Source: Candidatus Methylomirabilis limnetica (GTDB taxonomy: Bacteria > Methylomirabilota > Methylomirabilia > Methylomirabilales > Methylomirabilaceae). Taken from it: a stretch of 32,000 nt of DNA. Of this stretch, positions 16,048-24,652 are shown in pieces; position 1 is the first letter of the stretch; the number at the start of each line of letters is the position of its first letter. The stretch covers positions 1 through 32,000 of the forward strand of contig NZ_NVQC01000026.1 of assembly GCF_003044035.1 (NCBI RefSeq). The letters are read 5' to 3'. The notes under the pieces were generated by a model. That model saw only the letters and a list, made by a program, of their open reading frames with translations. It was not told the origin of the DNA and did no database searches. Position numbers and translations under genes: made by a program.

Positions 16048-17950
16048 GCCCTGGGACCTGTCCCCTCCTGTCGTGCCACCGCGAAGTTCCCTATACTGCC
16101 TGGAGCCCATCGGCATTGGCACACCCTTCGTAGAGAGTCTCACAGGCTATATTGCCAGGCTGGCATGCGCGCATGCGGTTTCGGTGGCAGATCTGGTTAA
16201 GCTGAAGCTTATAGGAGATATGGCGAAGAGTCTACCGTTGAGCCCTCAAGGGGGAACACCGCATTGGACCTCTCGGCATGGCTTCAACCCGATGGGTTAT
16301 ACCCTCAATTGCATGACAGACACATCAGGAAAATGGATCGAGGCGTTGGAAGCCGCCACCCTACGCCGGGATCTCTCCGCGTTAACCCTCCTACCCTTTG
16401 CAGGTGGGGTCACCGCGCCGTTCCTTGTTCGCAAGGTTCGCGCGTGGTGCCCACGCTGTTATCAGGAGAGACGAGAGGCGAACAGCGACGTGTATGACTC
16501 CCTGCTCTGGGCTCTCCGCGTGGTAACAGTCTGCCCGCGGCATCAACAGCAGTTAGTAACCACGTGCCCGCACTGTGATCGAGAGCAACACCCCCTGGCC
16601 GCCTATTCGTACCCTGGCTCTTGCTCGCGATGTCGGCGCTGGCTTGGTCTTCAACAAGACACGAGCGGGGCCGACGGGGCAACTCGCCAAGAGGTAGTGG
16701 AGTATCAGTTCTGGGTGGCCAACACTCTCGGCGAATTCCTCGCGACGGCGCTACGCTTGCCGTCTCGATTGCCAAGGCCCAATATTAGGCAGAATCTCTG
16801 GTCCTATGTCAATCACCTCACCGGGGGCAACATGACGGCCTTCGCCGACCTCGTCCAGTCCCCTCGGATCCGAATCTGCTCCTGGCTAGCAGGGCAGCGT
16901 ATCCCACGTCTCGATTCCCTACTGCGGGTATGCTACCACCTGGGGATCTCACTGGTCACGCTTGTCACCGGCGATCCGTGGGACCCCGATGTCAGCGGGC
17001 CTCTGAAGGAGTCAGCCCGCTTCCGGCCCAACAGAGGCCGTGTGTGGCCTCATCGCCCGAACGAAGTACGTCGTGTGCTCAAAGCGGCCCTTCATGAGGA
17101 ACCCACTCCCAGCGTTGCTGCAATTGCCCACCGCATGGGTTACAGTGGGACAGGCCGCCTCTACCAAGTCGATCAAGATCTGTGCAGACGGATTACGGCC
17201 AACCACCGCAGGGCAAGATATTCCCCGGGGCGGAAAAGGCCGGGGGCGGGAAGAATCTGTGATGAGGCCACTATCAAGCAATCTCTCGAGCAATCCCTCG
17301 CCCAAGCGCAGCCCACCGCGCTCCATCGTCTTGCCCAGCGCCTCGGATACGCCAATGCTGTTGTCCTGCGCTCGAAGTACCCCGATCTCTGTCGGGCGAT
17401 CAGTGCTAAGCGCATTGCGTTGAGGAAGACCCGTCTAAACGCAGTTGAACTAGCACTACAAGCAGCCCTCGAGGAGGATCCGCCACCCTCATTGCGCGAG
17501 ATGACTAGACGACTAGGCCCCTCATGGCTCCAATCCCTGCGACAGCATTTCCCAGTCCTGTGCGACGCCCTTGAGAACCGACGCAAACAATACCGCGACA
17601 GCCGCGGGGCAGAACTGCAAAAAGCATTTATGGCCCTGTTGTCCGAGGATCCACCGCCCTCTGTCGTCAAGGCATGTCAGCGGGTTGGGGTATCGCAGGG
17701 CACCTTTTCTTCAAAGTTTCCCGATCTACGGAGTGCTGTTGCGGCAAGGTATGTGAAGCATCGGGCAGAAGCTAAACAAAAGCGGAAAGAATTGTTGCGT
17801 GAAAAAATACGTCATAGTGTGTTGCAGCTTCATCGTCAGGGTATATTCCCTTCTTGGTCACGTGTGATGAGTCTTCTAAGCAAAGACTCTCTGAAAGATT
17901 GGGATCTTCGCGCTAGATATTTCAAGGAAGCCAGACAAGAGTTAGAATGA
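16040..17950 (+). CDS. tniQ: TniQ/TnsD-family target selector with a C-terminal tandem HTH-like repeat array
   Basis: ORF track 15833..17950. I place the start at ATG 16040 (MYEPWDLSPPVVPPRSSLYCLEPIGIGTPFVESLTGYIARLA, a typical TniQ N-terminus). This start overlaps the tnsC stop as ATGTATGA. A Cys cluster follows: WCPRCY...VCPRH...CPHCD...CSRCRRW. Five ~57-aa repeats follow from 17060. Confidence 0.88.
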   Translation: MYEPWDLSPPVVPPRSSLYCLEPIGIGTPFVESLTGYIARLACAHAVSVADLVKLKLIGDMAKSLPLSPQGGTPHWTSRHGFNPMGYTLNCMTDTSGKWIEALEAATLRRDLSALTLLPFAGGVTAPFLVRKVRAWCPRCYQERREANSDVYDSLLWALRVVTVCPRHQQQLVTTCPHCDREQHPLAAYSYPGSCSRCRRWLGLQQDTSGADGATRQEVVEYQFWVANTLGEFLATALRLPSRLPRPNIRQNLWSYVNHLTGGNMTAFADLVQSPRIRICSWLAGQRIPRLDSLLRVCYHLGISLVTLVTGDPWDPDVSGPLKESARFRPNRGRVWPHRPNEVRRVLKAALHEEPTPSVAAIAHRMGYSGTGRLYQVDQDLCRRITANHRRARYSPGRKRPGAGRICDEATIKQSLEQSLAQAQPTALHRLAQRLGYANAVVLRSKYPDLCRAISAKRIALRKTRLNAVELALQAALEEDPPPSLREMTRRLGPSWLQSLRQHFPVLCDALENRRKQYRDSRGAELQKAFMALLSEDPPPSVVKACQRVGVSQGTFSSKFPDLRSAVAARYVKHRAEAKQKRKELLREKIRHSVLQLHRQGIFPSWSRVMSLLSKDSLKDWDLRARYFKEARQELE

Positions 17951-18034
17951 CGTTCCAATCATTAAGATCCTCCTTTTCCATGCCATAGAGAACTACCCCA
18001 CAGCGAGCCGCGGGGCATCAACCCTCCCAGATTG

Positions 18035-18071
18035 AAACCATAACATGGCCGCAGCGGCCATGTTATGGTTT
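18035..18071. terminator. 37-bp perfect palindrome, a hairpin resembling a bidirectional terminator
   Basis: AAACCATAACATGGCCGC-a-GCGGCCATGTTATGGTTT. A 15-bp GC-containing stem is followed by TTT on either strand. It lies 85 nt after the tniQ stop. Confidence 0.45.
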
Positions 18072-18111
18072 AAGTGACATCTCTCGCTGTTCCTGGGCTC
18101 GGAGAAAGCGC

Positions 18112-18141
18112 TTGACATCCCCCGCGTTCCGCATTGATATT
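18112..18141 (+). promoter_or_regulatory. sigma-70-like promoter upstream of the methyltransferase gene
   Basis: TTGACA (18112-18117), an 18-nt spacer, then GATATT (18136-18141). Confidence 0.35.
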
Positions 18142-18251
18142 GCACATGATATGCGCTTGAAGCCGCTGCTTACCTTTTCATCGTGTCGTGAGCATCGGCC
18201 ATATCGTGGGACGCGGCTGAGCCTTGCAGTGAGTGGGCGTGGAGAGTGAGG

Positions 18252-18989
18252 ATGGGTCATAAGAAGGCGGGATATGTCCCGGCGCTGGGCTGGGATTTTC
18301 TCACCCCGCTCTACGATCCCCTGGTTCGCCTTACTACGCGCGAGATGAGCTTCAAAAGTCGCCTCCTGGATGAAGCAGGCATCGACGAAGCCGCTCGGAT
18401 TCTCGACGTGGGATGCGGCACGGGGACGCTACTCCTGCTAGCGAAGCGCAGGTCAAAATCTCTGTTGGCTATTGGCCTGGATGGTGATATGAACGTTCTG
18501 GGTATTGCGAGGTCAAAAGCCCACAGGCAGGTCGAAGAAATCGCGCTGGTCCAGGCGTTCTGCTTTGATATCCCGTTTGCCGATGGCGCGTTCGATCGAG
18601 TCCTCTCGAGCCTGATGCTGCACCATCTGACGCGATCCGAGAAGGTCCGAACGCTGGAAGAGATCTTTCGCGTCCTGCGCCCAGAGGGAGAGCTGCACGT
18701 CGCCGACTGGGGGCGACCCCACACCCTGCTCATGCATGCGCTGGCTTTTTCTGTGCGCCTCGGTGACAGTTTCGCCAGGACTGCTGACAACATGAAGGGG
18801 CTCCTGCCTGCGCTCTTCCGGGACGCCGGGTTTGAGGAAGTCTCGGAAACGGCTCGGCTTGCAACGCTATTTGGTACGTTGTCGCTGTATAAGGCGCGCA
18901 AGCCATCCACGGCTGCCGCTCAGGGGCACGCCGGAAGCTTCTCTGTGCGTAACTACAAGGTAGATAGGCTAAAGACTGAAGGTTGTTAG
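18252..18989 (+). CDS. class I SAM-dependent methyltransferase
   Basis: ORF track 18246..18989. ATG 18252 is preferred because GGAGAG lies 5 nt upstream. The SAM motif ILDVGCGTGTLLL and later FDRVLSSLMLHHL / LRPEGELHVADW are typical of the Methyltransf_11/25 fold. Confidence 0.85.
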   Translation: MGHKKAGYVPALGWDFLTPLYDPLVRLTTREMSFKSRLLDEAGIDEAARILDVGCGTGTLLLLAKRRSKSLLAIGLDGDMNVLGIARSKAHRQVEEIALVQAFCFDIPFADGAFDRVLSSLMLHHLTRSEKVRTLEEIFRVLRPEGELHVADWGRPHTLLMHALAFSVRLGDSFARTADNMKGLLPALFRDAGFEEVSETARLATLFGTLSLYKARKPSTAAAQGHAGSFSVRNYKVDRLKTEGC

Positions 18990-19107
18990 GGGTAAAGCAG
19001 TGATCACGCAACACTTCGGGCATATGAGTTGGATGGTGAAATCGCAATGCGTTGAAGAGCCTTCAGCCTTCGGCCTAAACACCTAAGTAGTTACCTCGGA
19101 GGTTACA

Positions 19108-19539
19108 ATGGTTACTGTAGCCGCTATACTCTTTGTAGTGTTGGCCTTATTTGGTTTTGCTTGGCCTTTTCTTCACTCTTATCGACTGAAGAGGAGACGG
19201 ATCAACCTGGATACGGAGATCCGGCTTTCCCAGAATCGGATCACTGTAGTCACCTCCGACTCCATCCCGGAGCGTGTAACGGAACAGGTGCTGGGTTCAA
19301 TAACGGGAACGTCGCAAATACCCGCCTCAAACGATGAGGAGCGGAAGCTGGCCGAGCGAGAGGCGATGTACAGCCTTATCGAGCAAGCGCTACAGTTGGG
19401 GGCCAACGCGGTTATCGATCTGAACATGACCACAGAAAGTTTCGAGTTCACAGAACCGAAGAAGTTCCTCGTCTTCCCCGCTGCCACTTGGACGGCCACA
19501 AAGGTGATCTACGTGGGGACGGCTGTGAAGGTGATCTAG
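19108..19539 (+). CDS. YbjQ/UPF0145-like protein with an N-terminal transmembrane helix
   Basis: 143 aa with GGAGG upstream. The N-terminal hydrophobic segment is VAAILFVVLALFGFAWPF. The C-terminal part reads EAMYSLIEQALQLGANAVIDLNM...YVGTAVKV, as in YbjQ-family proteins. Confidence 0.7.
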   Translation: MVTVAAILFVVLALFGFAWPFLHSYRLKRRRINLDTEIRLSQNRITVVTSDSIPERVTEQVLGSITGTSQIPASNDEERKLAEREAMYSLIEQALQLGANAVIDLNMTTESFEFTEPKKFLVFPAATWTATKVIYVGTAVKVI

Positions 19540-19739
19540 ACCAATTTCCTCGGGGCTGATGGCCATAAGCTTGGACTGTTCTGTCACCCCCTGGAAATAA
19601 CTTGACTCTATTTTCTCTGGCATGGTATCGGTTGCACGGTTTCTGCTGGATTTCTTTCCAGGTTCGTCTGTGTGCCCCACCCGACGCGAAAATAAGGCCA
19701 TGGGGCGATCGCCGTTGTGCTTATCCGGGGAGTTTGTGG

Positions 19740-20990
19740 ATGACCTCATGCCTCCGAGCCACCGCAGCTCTTTTGCTGATCCTTTGGGTCGGATGGTTCG
19801 TCCGTTCCGCCGAGGCTAAGGATCTCAAGAATACCATCAGGAATCTCTACGGCATCCAGGGGATTCACGTCGAGCCGAGCCCCTTTTTCCCAGTGGAAAC
19901 CAGTTTTCAGGCATCGTCTCTCCAGGGACTCGACCAACTTAACAATCAGGTGACCTCCGCTATAGGAGTTCCCTCGTTCAACTCATCCGTGACCGGGTTC
20001 ACCTTCGATATTGAACGCGGAATCCCGGTCCGCACCACTGAAAGCCTCGGCCCCATGCTCACGGAGCGCGCGACCACCCTGGGGGTCAGTAAGCTCAACG
20101 TGGCAGGCAGTTACACTCGGGTCAGCTTCACCAGGCTAGATGGAAAAGATCTCAACAATCTGCAGCTAACCTTCCGCCGCAACGATGCGGGCGAGGGCTG
20201 TGATCCCAGCATTCCACAATCTCTAGCACGTTGCGACACTATCCGCGCCAAGCTCAAGGTCGATCTCAGCGAAGACATTTTTGCATTTATCGCGACCTAC
20301 GGCCTCACCTCTGTATGGGATGTGGGGCTCGTCGTCCCCCTTACTCATATTCGACTCTTTGCCAGGACTTCTGCTGATATCTTCCATGTTGACACTCTCG
20401 GTATCACCAAGCCAGGTACTACCCAAATAGGCAACATCCCGATCCACCAGTTCGGACCCAATTCGACTCCACCCGACGCCTCCGGAGGCGGCGATGAGAC
20501 CGGCCTCGGGGATATCATCCTTCGAACGAAATACAACTTCCTGCGCAACTCCGGCGGCTTGACCCCGGACCTGGCATTTCTGTTCGAAGTGAAGCTTCCG
20601 ACAGGAGATGAGAAACGGCTCCTGGGAACCGGCGGGACGAACCTGGCTGGCCTCCTTATAGCATCCAAAACCTATGGGCGATGGCTCACGCCTCACGTCA
20701 ACGTTGGCTACGAGATCAACACTAAGGATCTTGAGCAGAACACCATCAGGTATGCCCTCGGTTTCGACGCGCGCCTTCTGTCAGAGCTGTCGTTTGACGC
20801 CGACGTGATCGGTCGCCATAAGCCTGAAGGAAACGGAACCGGGAACCACATCATGGACCTGTCCCTCGGCGTGAAATGGAATCCTCTCAATTCCTTGATC
20901 TTCCGGACGAACGTCCAGATTCCCCTGAACAAAAATAGCGGCCTCCGGGCAGATTTTATTCCCACAGTAGGGGTCGAGTATCTTTTCTAA
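19740..20990 (+). CDS. outer-membrane beta-barrel protein (MetA/phenol-degradation-type transporter-like)
   Basis: ORF track 19602..20990. ATG 19740 gives the signal peptide MTSCLRATAALLLILWVGWFVRSAEA, with GGGAG upstream. The sequence has alternating beta-strand character and a C-terminal ...VGVEYLF ending in Phe. Confidence 0.7.
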   Translation: MTSCLRATAALLLILWVGWFVRSAEAKDLKNTIRNLYGIQGIHVEPSPFFPVETSFQASSLQGLDQLNNQVTSAIGVPSFNSSVTGFTFDIERGIPVRTTESLGPMLTERATTLGVSKLNVAGSYTRVSFTRLDGKDLNNLQLTFRRNDAGEGCDPSIPQSLARCDTIRAKLKVDLSEDIFAFIATYGLTSVWDVGLVVPLTHIRLFARTSADIFHVDTLGITKPGTTQIGNIPIHQFGPNSTPPDASGGGDETGLGDIILRTKYNFLRNSGGLTPDLAFLFEVKLPTGDEKRLLGTGGTNLAGLLIASKTYGRWLTPHVNVGYEINTKDLEQNTIRYALGFDARLLSELSFDADVIGRHKPEGNGTGNHIMDLSLGVKWNPLNSLIFRTNVQIPLNKNSGLRADFIPTVGVEYLF

Positions 20991-21008
20991 GGTCCCAGGA
21001 TCTCCTGA

Positions 21009-21956
21009 ATGTCACTCCTGACAACTCGCATCGCTTCCCTCATCTTTGTAGCTTGCGTCATCGTTGGAGCGATTGTTCACTCCTCGACGCCGGCAGAGGC
21101 CGCAAAGATTATTGCGCTCAAGAGCGCCGATGTCGATGTCTATAATGAAGCGCTGGAGGGATTCAAGAGCGTTTTGCAGGGATCGGCTATCGTCGAGTAC
21201 GATATGGAGGGAGACCTCCAGAAGGGTAAGAAGTTCCTGGCGCGACTCAAGTCAGGCCCCAAGCCGGATCTCATCCTTGCGGTAGGGATCTGGGCCTTAC
21301 AGGCTGCGATCGAAGAGATACAAGACATCCCAGTTGTCTTTGCCATGGTGTTGAACCCCACCACAGTGATCAGACAGGACACCCGCAATATCACCGGGGC
21401 CAGTATGAATATTCCTAATGAGCAACAGCTTGCCCTGCTAAAAAAAGTCTCGCCCCAGATAAGAAGAATCGGCATCATCTATGATCCCTCTCAGACCGGC
21501 TTTTTGGTGAGGCAGGCTGAACGAATCGCCAAAGATCATGGTCTCAGGCTCGTCACAAAGGCCATTACCTCGCCCAAGGAGTCGTTCGCTGCCCTCGATG
21601 CCATGCAGGATGAGATCGACGCTCTCTGGATCTTGCCGGATCTGACCGTTCTGGCGCCGGAATCGGTCCAGTACATGCTGCTCTTCTCCTTCAGACATAA
21701 GATTCCTGTTCTGGGTCTCTCAGAAAATCAGGCTCGGATGGGCGCCCTACTCGGCCTCTCCTTTGAAAGTGGATGGGATATCGGGAGCCAGGCCGCTGAG
21801 TTGGCGGACGAGATCCTTTCCGGTCGAAACGTCGAGGACATCCCATATACGACAGCGAGAAAGGTGCGGTTAACGGTGAATCTGAAAACCGCCGTTAAGC
21901 TCGGTGTGCATATCCCGAAGGAGCTCCTCGACCGAGCGGCCGTCGTGATCCGATAG
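21009..21956 (+). CDS. ABC-transporter-type periplasmic substrate-binding protein (ABC_sub_bind family)
   Basis: 315 aa with a signal peptide. DLILAVGIWALQAA, IPVVFAMV.NP, ITGAS, IGIIYDPSQ and GALLGLSF match my memory of PF04392 proteins, which are often encoded next to sensor kinases. Confidence 0.8.
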   Translation: MSLLTTRIASLIFVACVIVGAIVHSSTPAEAAKIIALKSADVDVYNEALEGFKSVLQGSAIVEYDMEGDLQKGKKFLARLKSGPKPDLILAVGIWALQAAIEEIQDIPVVFAMVLNPTTVIRQDTRNITGASMNIPNEQQLALLKKVSPQIRRIGIIYDPSQTGFLVRQAERIAKDHGLRLVTKAITSPKESFAALDAMQDEIDALWILPDLTVLAPESVQYMLLFSFRHKIPVLGLSENQARMGALLGLSFESGWDIGSQAAELADEILSGRNVEDIPYTTARKVRLTVNLKTAVKLGVHIPKELLDRAAVVIR

Positions 21957-21992
21957 CTCAAGAGGGACCAGGGGTGGCATAAGGGTGAACAG

Positions 21993-24206
21993 ATGGTAAT
22001 CAGACGGATGACCAGATTCAGGACAAAGGTCTTGTGGTCGATCATGCCGATGATCCTGGCGCTCTGCGTCCTCTTTGGCGGGATGTCGCTCTATCAGCAC
22101 AACAGATTACTGCATCGAGAGTTTGTGAAACAGGGAAAGGCTCTTGCCAGTAATCTGGCCGCCAGCGGCGAACTGGGCGTGTTCAGTGAGGACGAGCGGT
22201 TTCTCAATGCCTCGTTGCGCGGGATCACCGGCGAAGAAGATGTTGCCTACGTCTTTATTTACAACGACGCTGGAAAGCGTCTGATCGGCGGAGGCAGGAC
22301 CCTGACCCAACCCGGTTCAGCATTGACCACCGAACCCTTGAGTGATGATATCCGTACCCGGATCCTCGCCACCCACCAACCTGTCAGCAGGACCCTCAAG
22401 GGTACCGGGAGCGAGTCGTTCCTGGAGTTCTACGCCCCGATCCTCTCTGCTGAAGTCCGCCTGATCGAGGAACAATTCTTCGGGATGCCCAGGTCCGATC
22501 GAGGTCTCGGTGAGAATCGGACTCGAGTCATCGGGATTGCACGGGTCGGCCTGTCGATGCGAAACATCGATGCCCACTCAGCCTACTTGATCAAACTCTG
22601 GGCCATGCTGTCTATTGTCTTTTTGGCTGCCGGCGCCATCGCCGCATACGCCCTCTCCCGGATGATCACGCGGCCAATCACCCGATTGACAGAATCTGCC
22701 GCGCGGATGGCCGAGGGGCAGATCGATCAGGAAATCCCGGTCGATTCTCGAGATGAGATCGGGACATTGGCAACAACGTACAACCAAATGGCCAAGGCAT
22801 TGAAACGAACCCTCGATGAGCGGACGAGGGTAGCCACGGAGCTCCGGGACTTGAACCGGAATCTGGAAGATCGGATCCGCGAGCGGACCTCTCAACTACG
22901 CCACCTGCACCAGCTCGGCGTGTCCATGCAGGAACCGCTCCCACTGTCAGAACGGCTGAACTTAATTCTGAAGGGGGTGCATGAAGTTATTGGGTTTGAT
23001 CGAATTATTATCTGGCTACCGGATCGCGAGGATCTTTCTCTTGAGATGGTTGCCGCTGTCGGTTTTTCATCAGCACCAGGAACCGTTCAGGTTCCAATCT
23101 CCGACGAGGTGCCCACGTTAGCGCGGGCCTATCGAGATCGAGTCGAGATCGTCATTGAGGAGAGGCATGAGGTTCCGCCGGAGCTTCGGGTGCAGCCCCC
23201 GCACGATAAGGTGCCGGCCCTTCGCTCTCGCAGCTTCGTAGTCTTGCCGCTGATCTCTCGAAGACGTTCTGTTGGAGTCCTTGCCGCCGACAACGCGGTT
23301 AGCCGAAAGCCGATTGCGCCGCAGCTCGACCTGCTGCGCATCTTCGCCTCTCAGGCGGCAGTGGCTATAGAGAACGCCCAGCTCTTCCAGGAGGTGGAAG
23401 AGACGAACCGTCAGCTCGCGCGGGCGAGTCGTCACAAATCAGAGTTCCTGGCCAATATGAGTCATGAGTTACGGACGCCTCTGAACGCGATCCTGGGATT
23501 TACCGAGTTGATCATCGATGAGATCTACGGCAAGGTTCCAGACGAGTTGCGAGAGCCGATCGAAGATATCCACACAAACGGCCGGCATTTGCTCAGGCTC
23601 ATCAACGATGTGTTGGATCTCTCGAAGATCGAAGCCGGACACATGCAGTTGAATCTGGGTGAATACTCTGTTCAGTCATTTATCGACTCTGTGATCTCAG
23701 CAACGCGATCCCTCGCAGTAGAAAAGCGACTGGAGTTGATCAGCCGAGTTGAAGAGGGTCTGCCGGCGGCGGTGAGCGATAGCAAGCGCATCATTCAGAT
23801 CCTGATGAATCTGGTGGGCAATGCCATCAAGTTTACCCCATCGGGGGGGTCGGTTATCGTTACGGCGAAGCGTGTTTCGAGTTCGGAGTTTCGAGTTTCG
23901 AGCTTGGAACCCGAAACCCGAAACCCGAAACCCGAAACATCAAAAATCCCTGACTTCTTGGAGGTTTCGGTCGCAGACACGGGAATCGGTATTCCCACCG
24001 AAGAACTGAAGAGTATTTTCGGCGAATTTAGCCAGGTCGACAGCTCCATTACCAGGGAATACGGCGGAAGCGGTTTGGGACTCAGCATCGCCAAGCGGTT
24101 GGTCGAGATGCATGGGGGGTCTATCTGGGCGGAAAGCCAGGTCGGAAAGGGGTCGATCTTTTACTTCAGGATTCCGCTCCGGACCCAGTGGGACGACAGC
24201 CCATGA
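21993..24206 (+). CDS. membrane sensor histidine kinase (HAMP-GAF-HisKA-HATPase)
   Basis: 737 aa. It has an N-terminal TM helix and a sensor region, a second TM helix, HAMP (ITRPITRLTESAARMAEGQ...DEIGTLATTYNQMAKAL), GAF (ILKGVHEVIGFDRIIIWLPD), an H-box (SEFLANMSHELRTPLNAI), an N-box (NLVGNAIKFT) and G-boxes (DTGIGI, GGSGLGLSI). Confidence 0.92.
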   Translation: MVIRRMTRFRTKVLWSIMPMILALCVLFGGMSLYQHNRLLHREFVKQGKALASNLAASGELGVFSEDERFLNASLRGITGEEDVAYVFIYNDAGKRLIGGGRTLTQPGSALTTEPLSDDIRTRILATHQPVSRTLKGTGSESFLEFYAPILSAEVRLIEEQFFGMPRSDRGLGENRTRVIGIARVGLSMRNIDAHSAYLIKLWAMLSIVFLAAGAIAAYALSRMITRPITRLTESAARMAEGQIDQEIPVDSRDEIGTLATTYNQMAKALKRTLDERTRVATELRDLNRNLEDRIRERTSQLRHLHQLGVSMQEPLPLSERLNLILKGVHEVIGFDRIIIWLPDREDLSLEMVAAVGFSSAPGTVQVPISDEVPTLARAYRDRVEIVIEERHEVPPELRVQPPHDKVPALRSRSFVVLPLISRRRSVGVLAADNAVSRKPIAPQLDLLRIFASQAAVAIENAQLFQEVEETNRQLARASRHKSEFLANMSHELRTPLNAILGFTELIIDEIYGKVPDELREPIEDIHTNGRHLLRLINDVLDLSKIEAGHMQLNLGEYSVQSFIDSVISATRSLAVEKRLELISRVEEGLPAAVSDSKRIIQILMNLVGNAIKFTPSGGSVIVTAKRVSSSEFRVSSLEPETRNPKPETSKIPDFLEVSVADTGIGIPTEELKSIFGEFSQVDSSITREYGGSGLGLSIAKRLVEMHGGSIWAESQVGKGSIFYFRIPLRTQWDDSP
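23874..23931. repeat. imperfect hairpin built from heptamer arrays, lying in frame inside the kinase ATPase domain
   Basis: The left arm GTTTCGAGTTCGGAGTTTCGAGTTTCGAG (23874-23902) faces the right arm (CCCGAAA)x3 + C (23910-23931). It encodes SSEFRVSSLEPETRNPKPET, between the N-box segment and DTGIGI. Confidence 0.7.
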
Positions 24207-24574
24207 GCGGAAAGTTAGTCTTACATGTTGAGGACAACGAATACAATCGGAAGATCATCAGAGACCTTCTCTCCAAAAACAGCTACGAGATCGTGGAAGC
24301 TCATAATGGGGAGGACGCGCTCGATGCGCTGGCTCGACAGCGCCCTGATCTTATCCTGATGGATGTTCAGTTGCCAAAGCTCTCCGGCCTCGAGGTGACT
24401 CGCAGGATCAGGGCGGATCCCTTGCTTGCCCAGATCCCGGTAATCGCCATCACCTCATTTGCCCTCAGCGGCGATGACCGGCTGGCCATCGAGGCGGGGT
24501 GTAACGCCTATATCGCGAAGCCCTTCCGGCCACGGGACCTCTTGGAGATGATTCGACGCTTCATAGGTCCATGA
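24203..24574 (+). CDS. stand-alone receiver-domain response regulator (CheY-like)
   Basis: ORF track 24188..24574. ATG 24203 overlaps the kinase stop as ATGA. Receiver residues are present: VEDNEYN, the phospho-acceptor context LILMDVQLP, and IAITSF...KP. Confidence 0.9.
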   Translation: MSGKLVLHVEDNEYNRKIIRDLLSKNSYEIVEAHNGEDALDALARQRPDLILMDVQLPKLSGLEVTRRIRADPLLAQIPVIAITSFALSGDDRLAIEAGCNAYIAKPFRPRDLLEMIRRFIGP

Positions 24575-24652
24575 GCGCTGGTTGGGAAGAGACTGTCGAA
24601 ACCGGCAGGCAGGGGTTGGTGAGTGTAGGAGGGACTCTTTGCTGGAGGAGAG

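Larger units (their letters stand above)
11869..18002 (+). mobile_element. Tn7-like transposon core (tnsAB-tnsC-tniQ); gene content is secure, both ends are tentative
   Basis: The three translationally coupled genes are listed below. The left limit is the TGTGGCGTA candidate terminus. The right limit is TACCCCACA, ending at 18002, which is an 8/9 inverted match. No matching 5-bp target duplication is present (GACGA versus GCGAG). Confidence 0.35.

Noticed and set aside
18063-18260. Minus-strand 65-aa ORF in the tniQ-methyltransferase gap
   Set aside because: It has no SD, its composition is Arg-rich, and it overlaps the palindrome and the promoter candidate.
19618-19635. Second sigma-54-like site TGGCAT-N9-TTGC upstream of the outer-membrane protein gene
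   Set aside because: The GG-to-GC spacing is 3 nt too long for a -24/-12 promoter.
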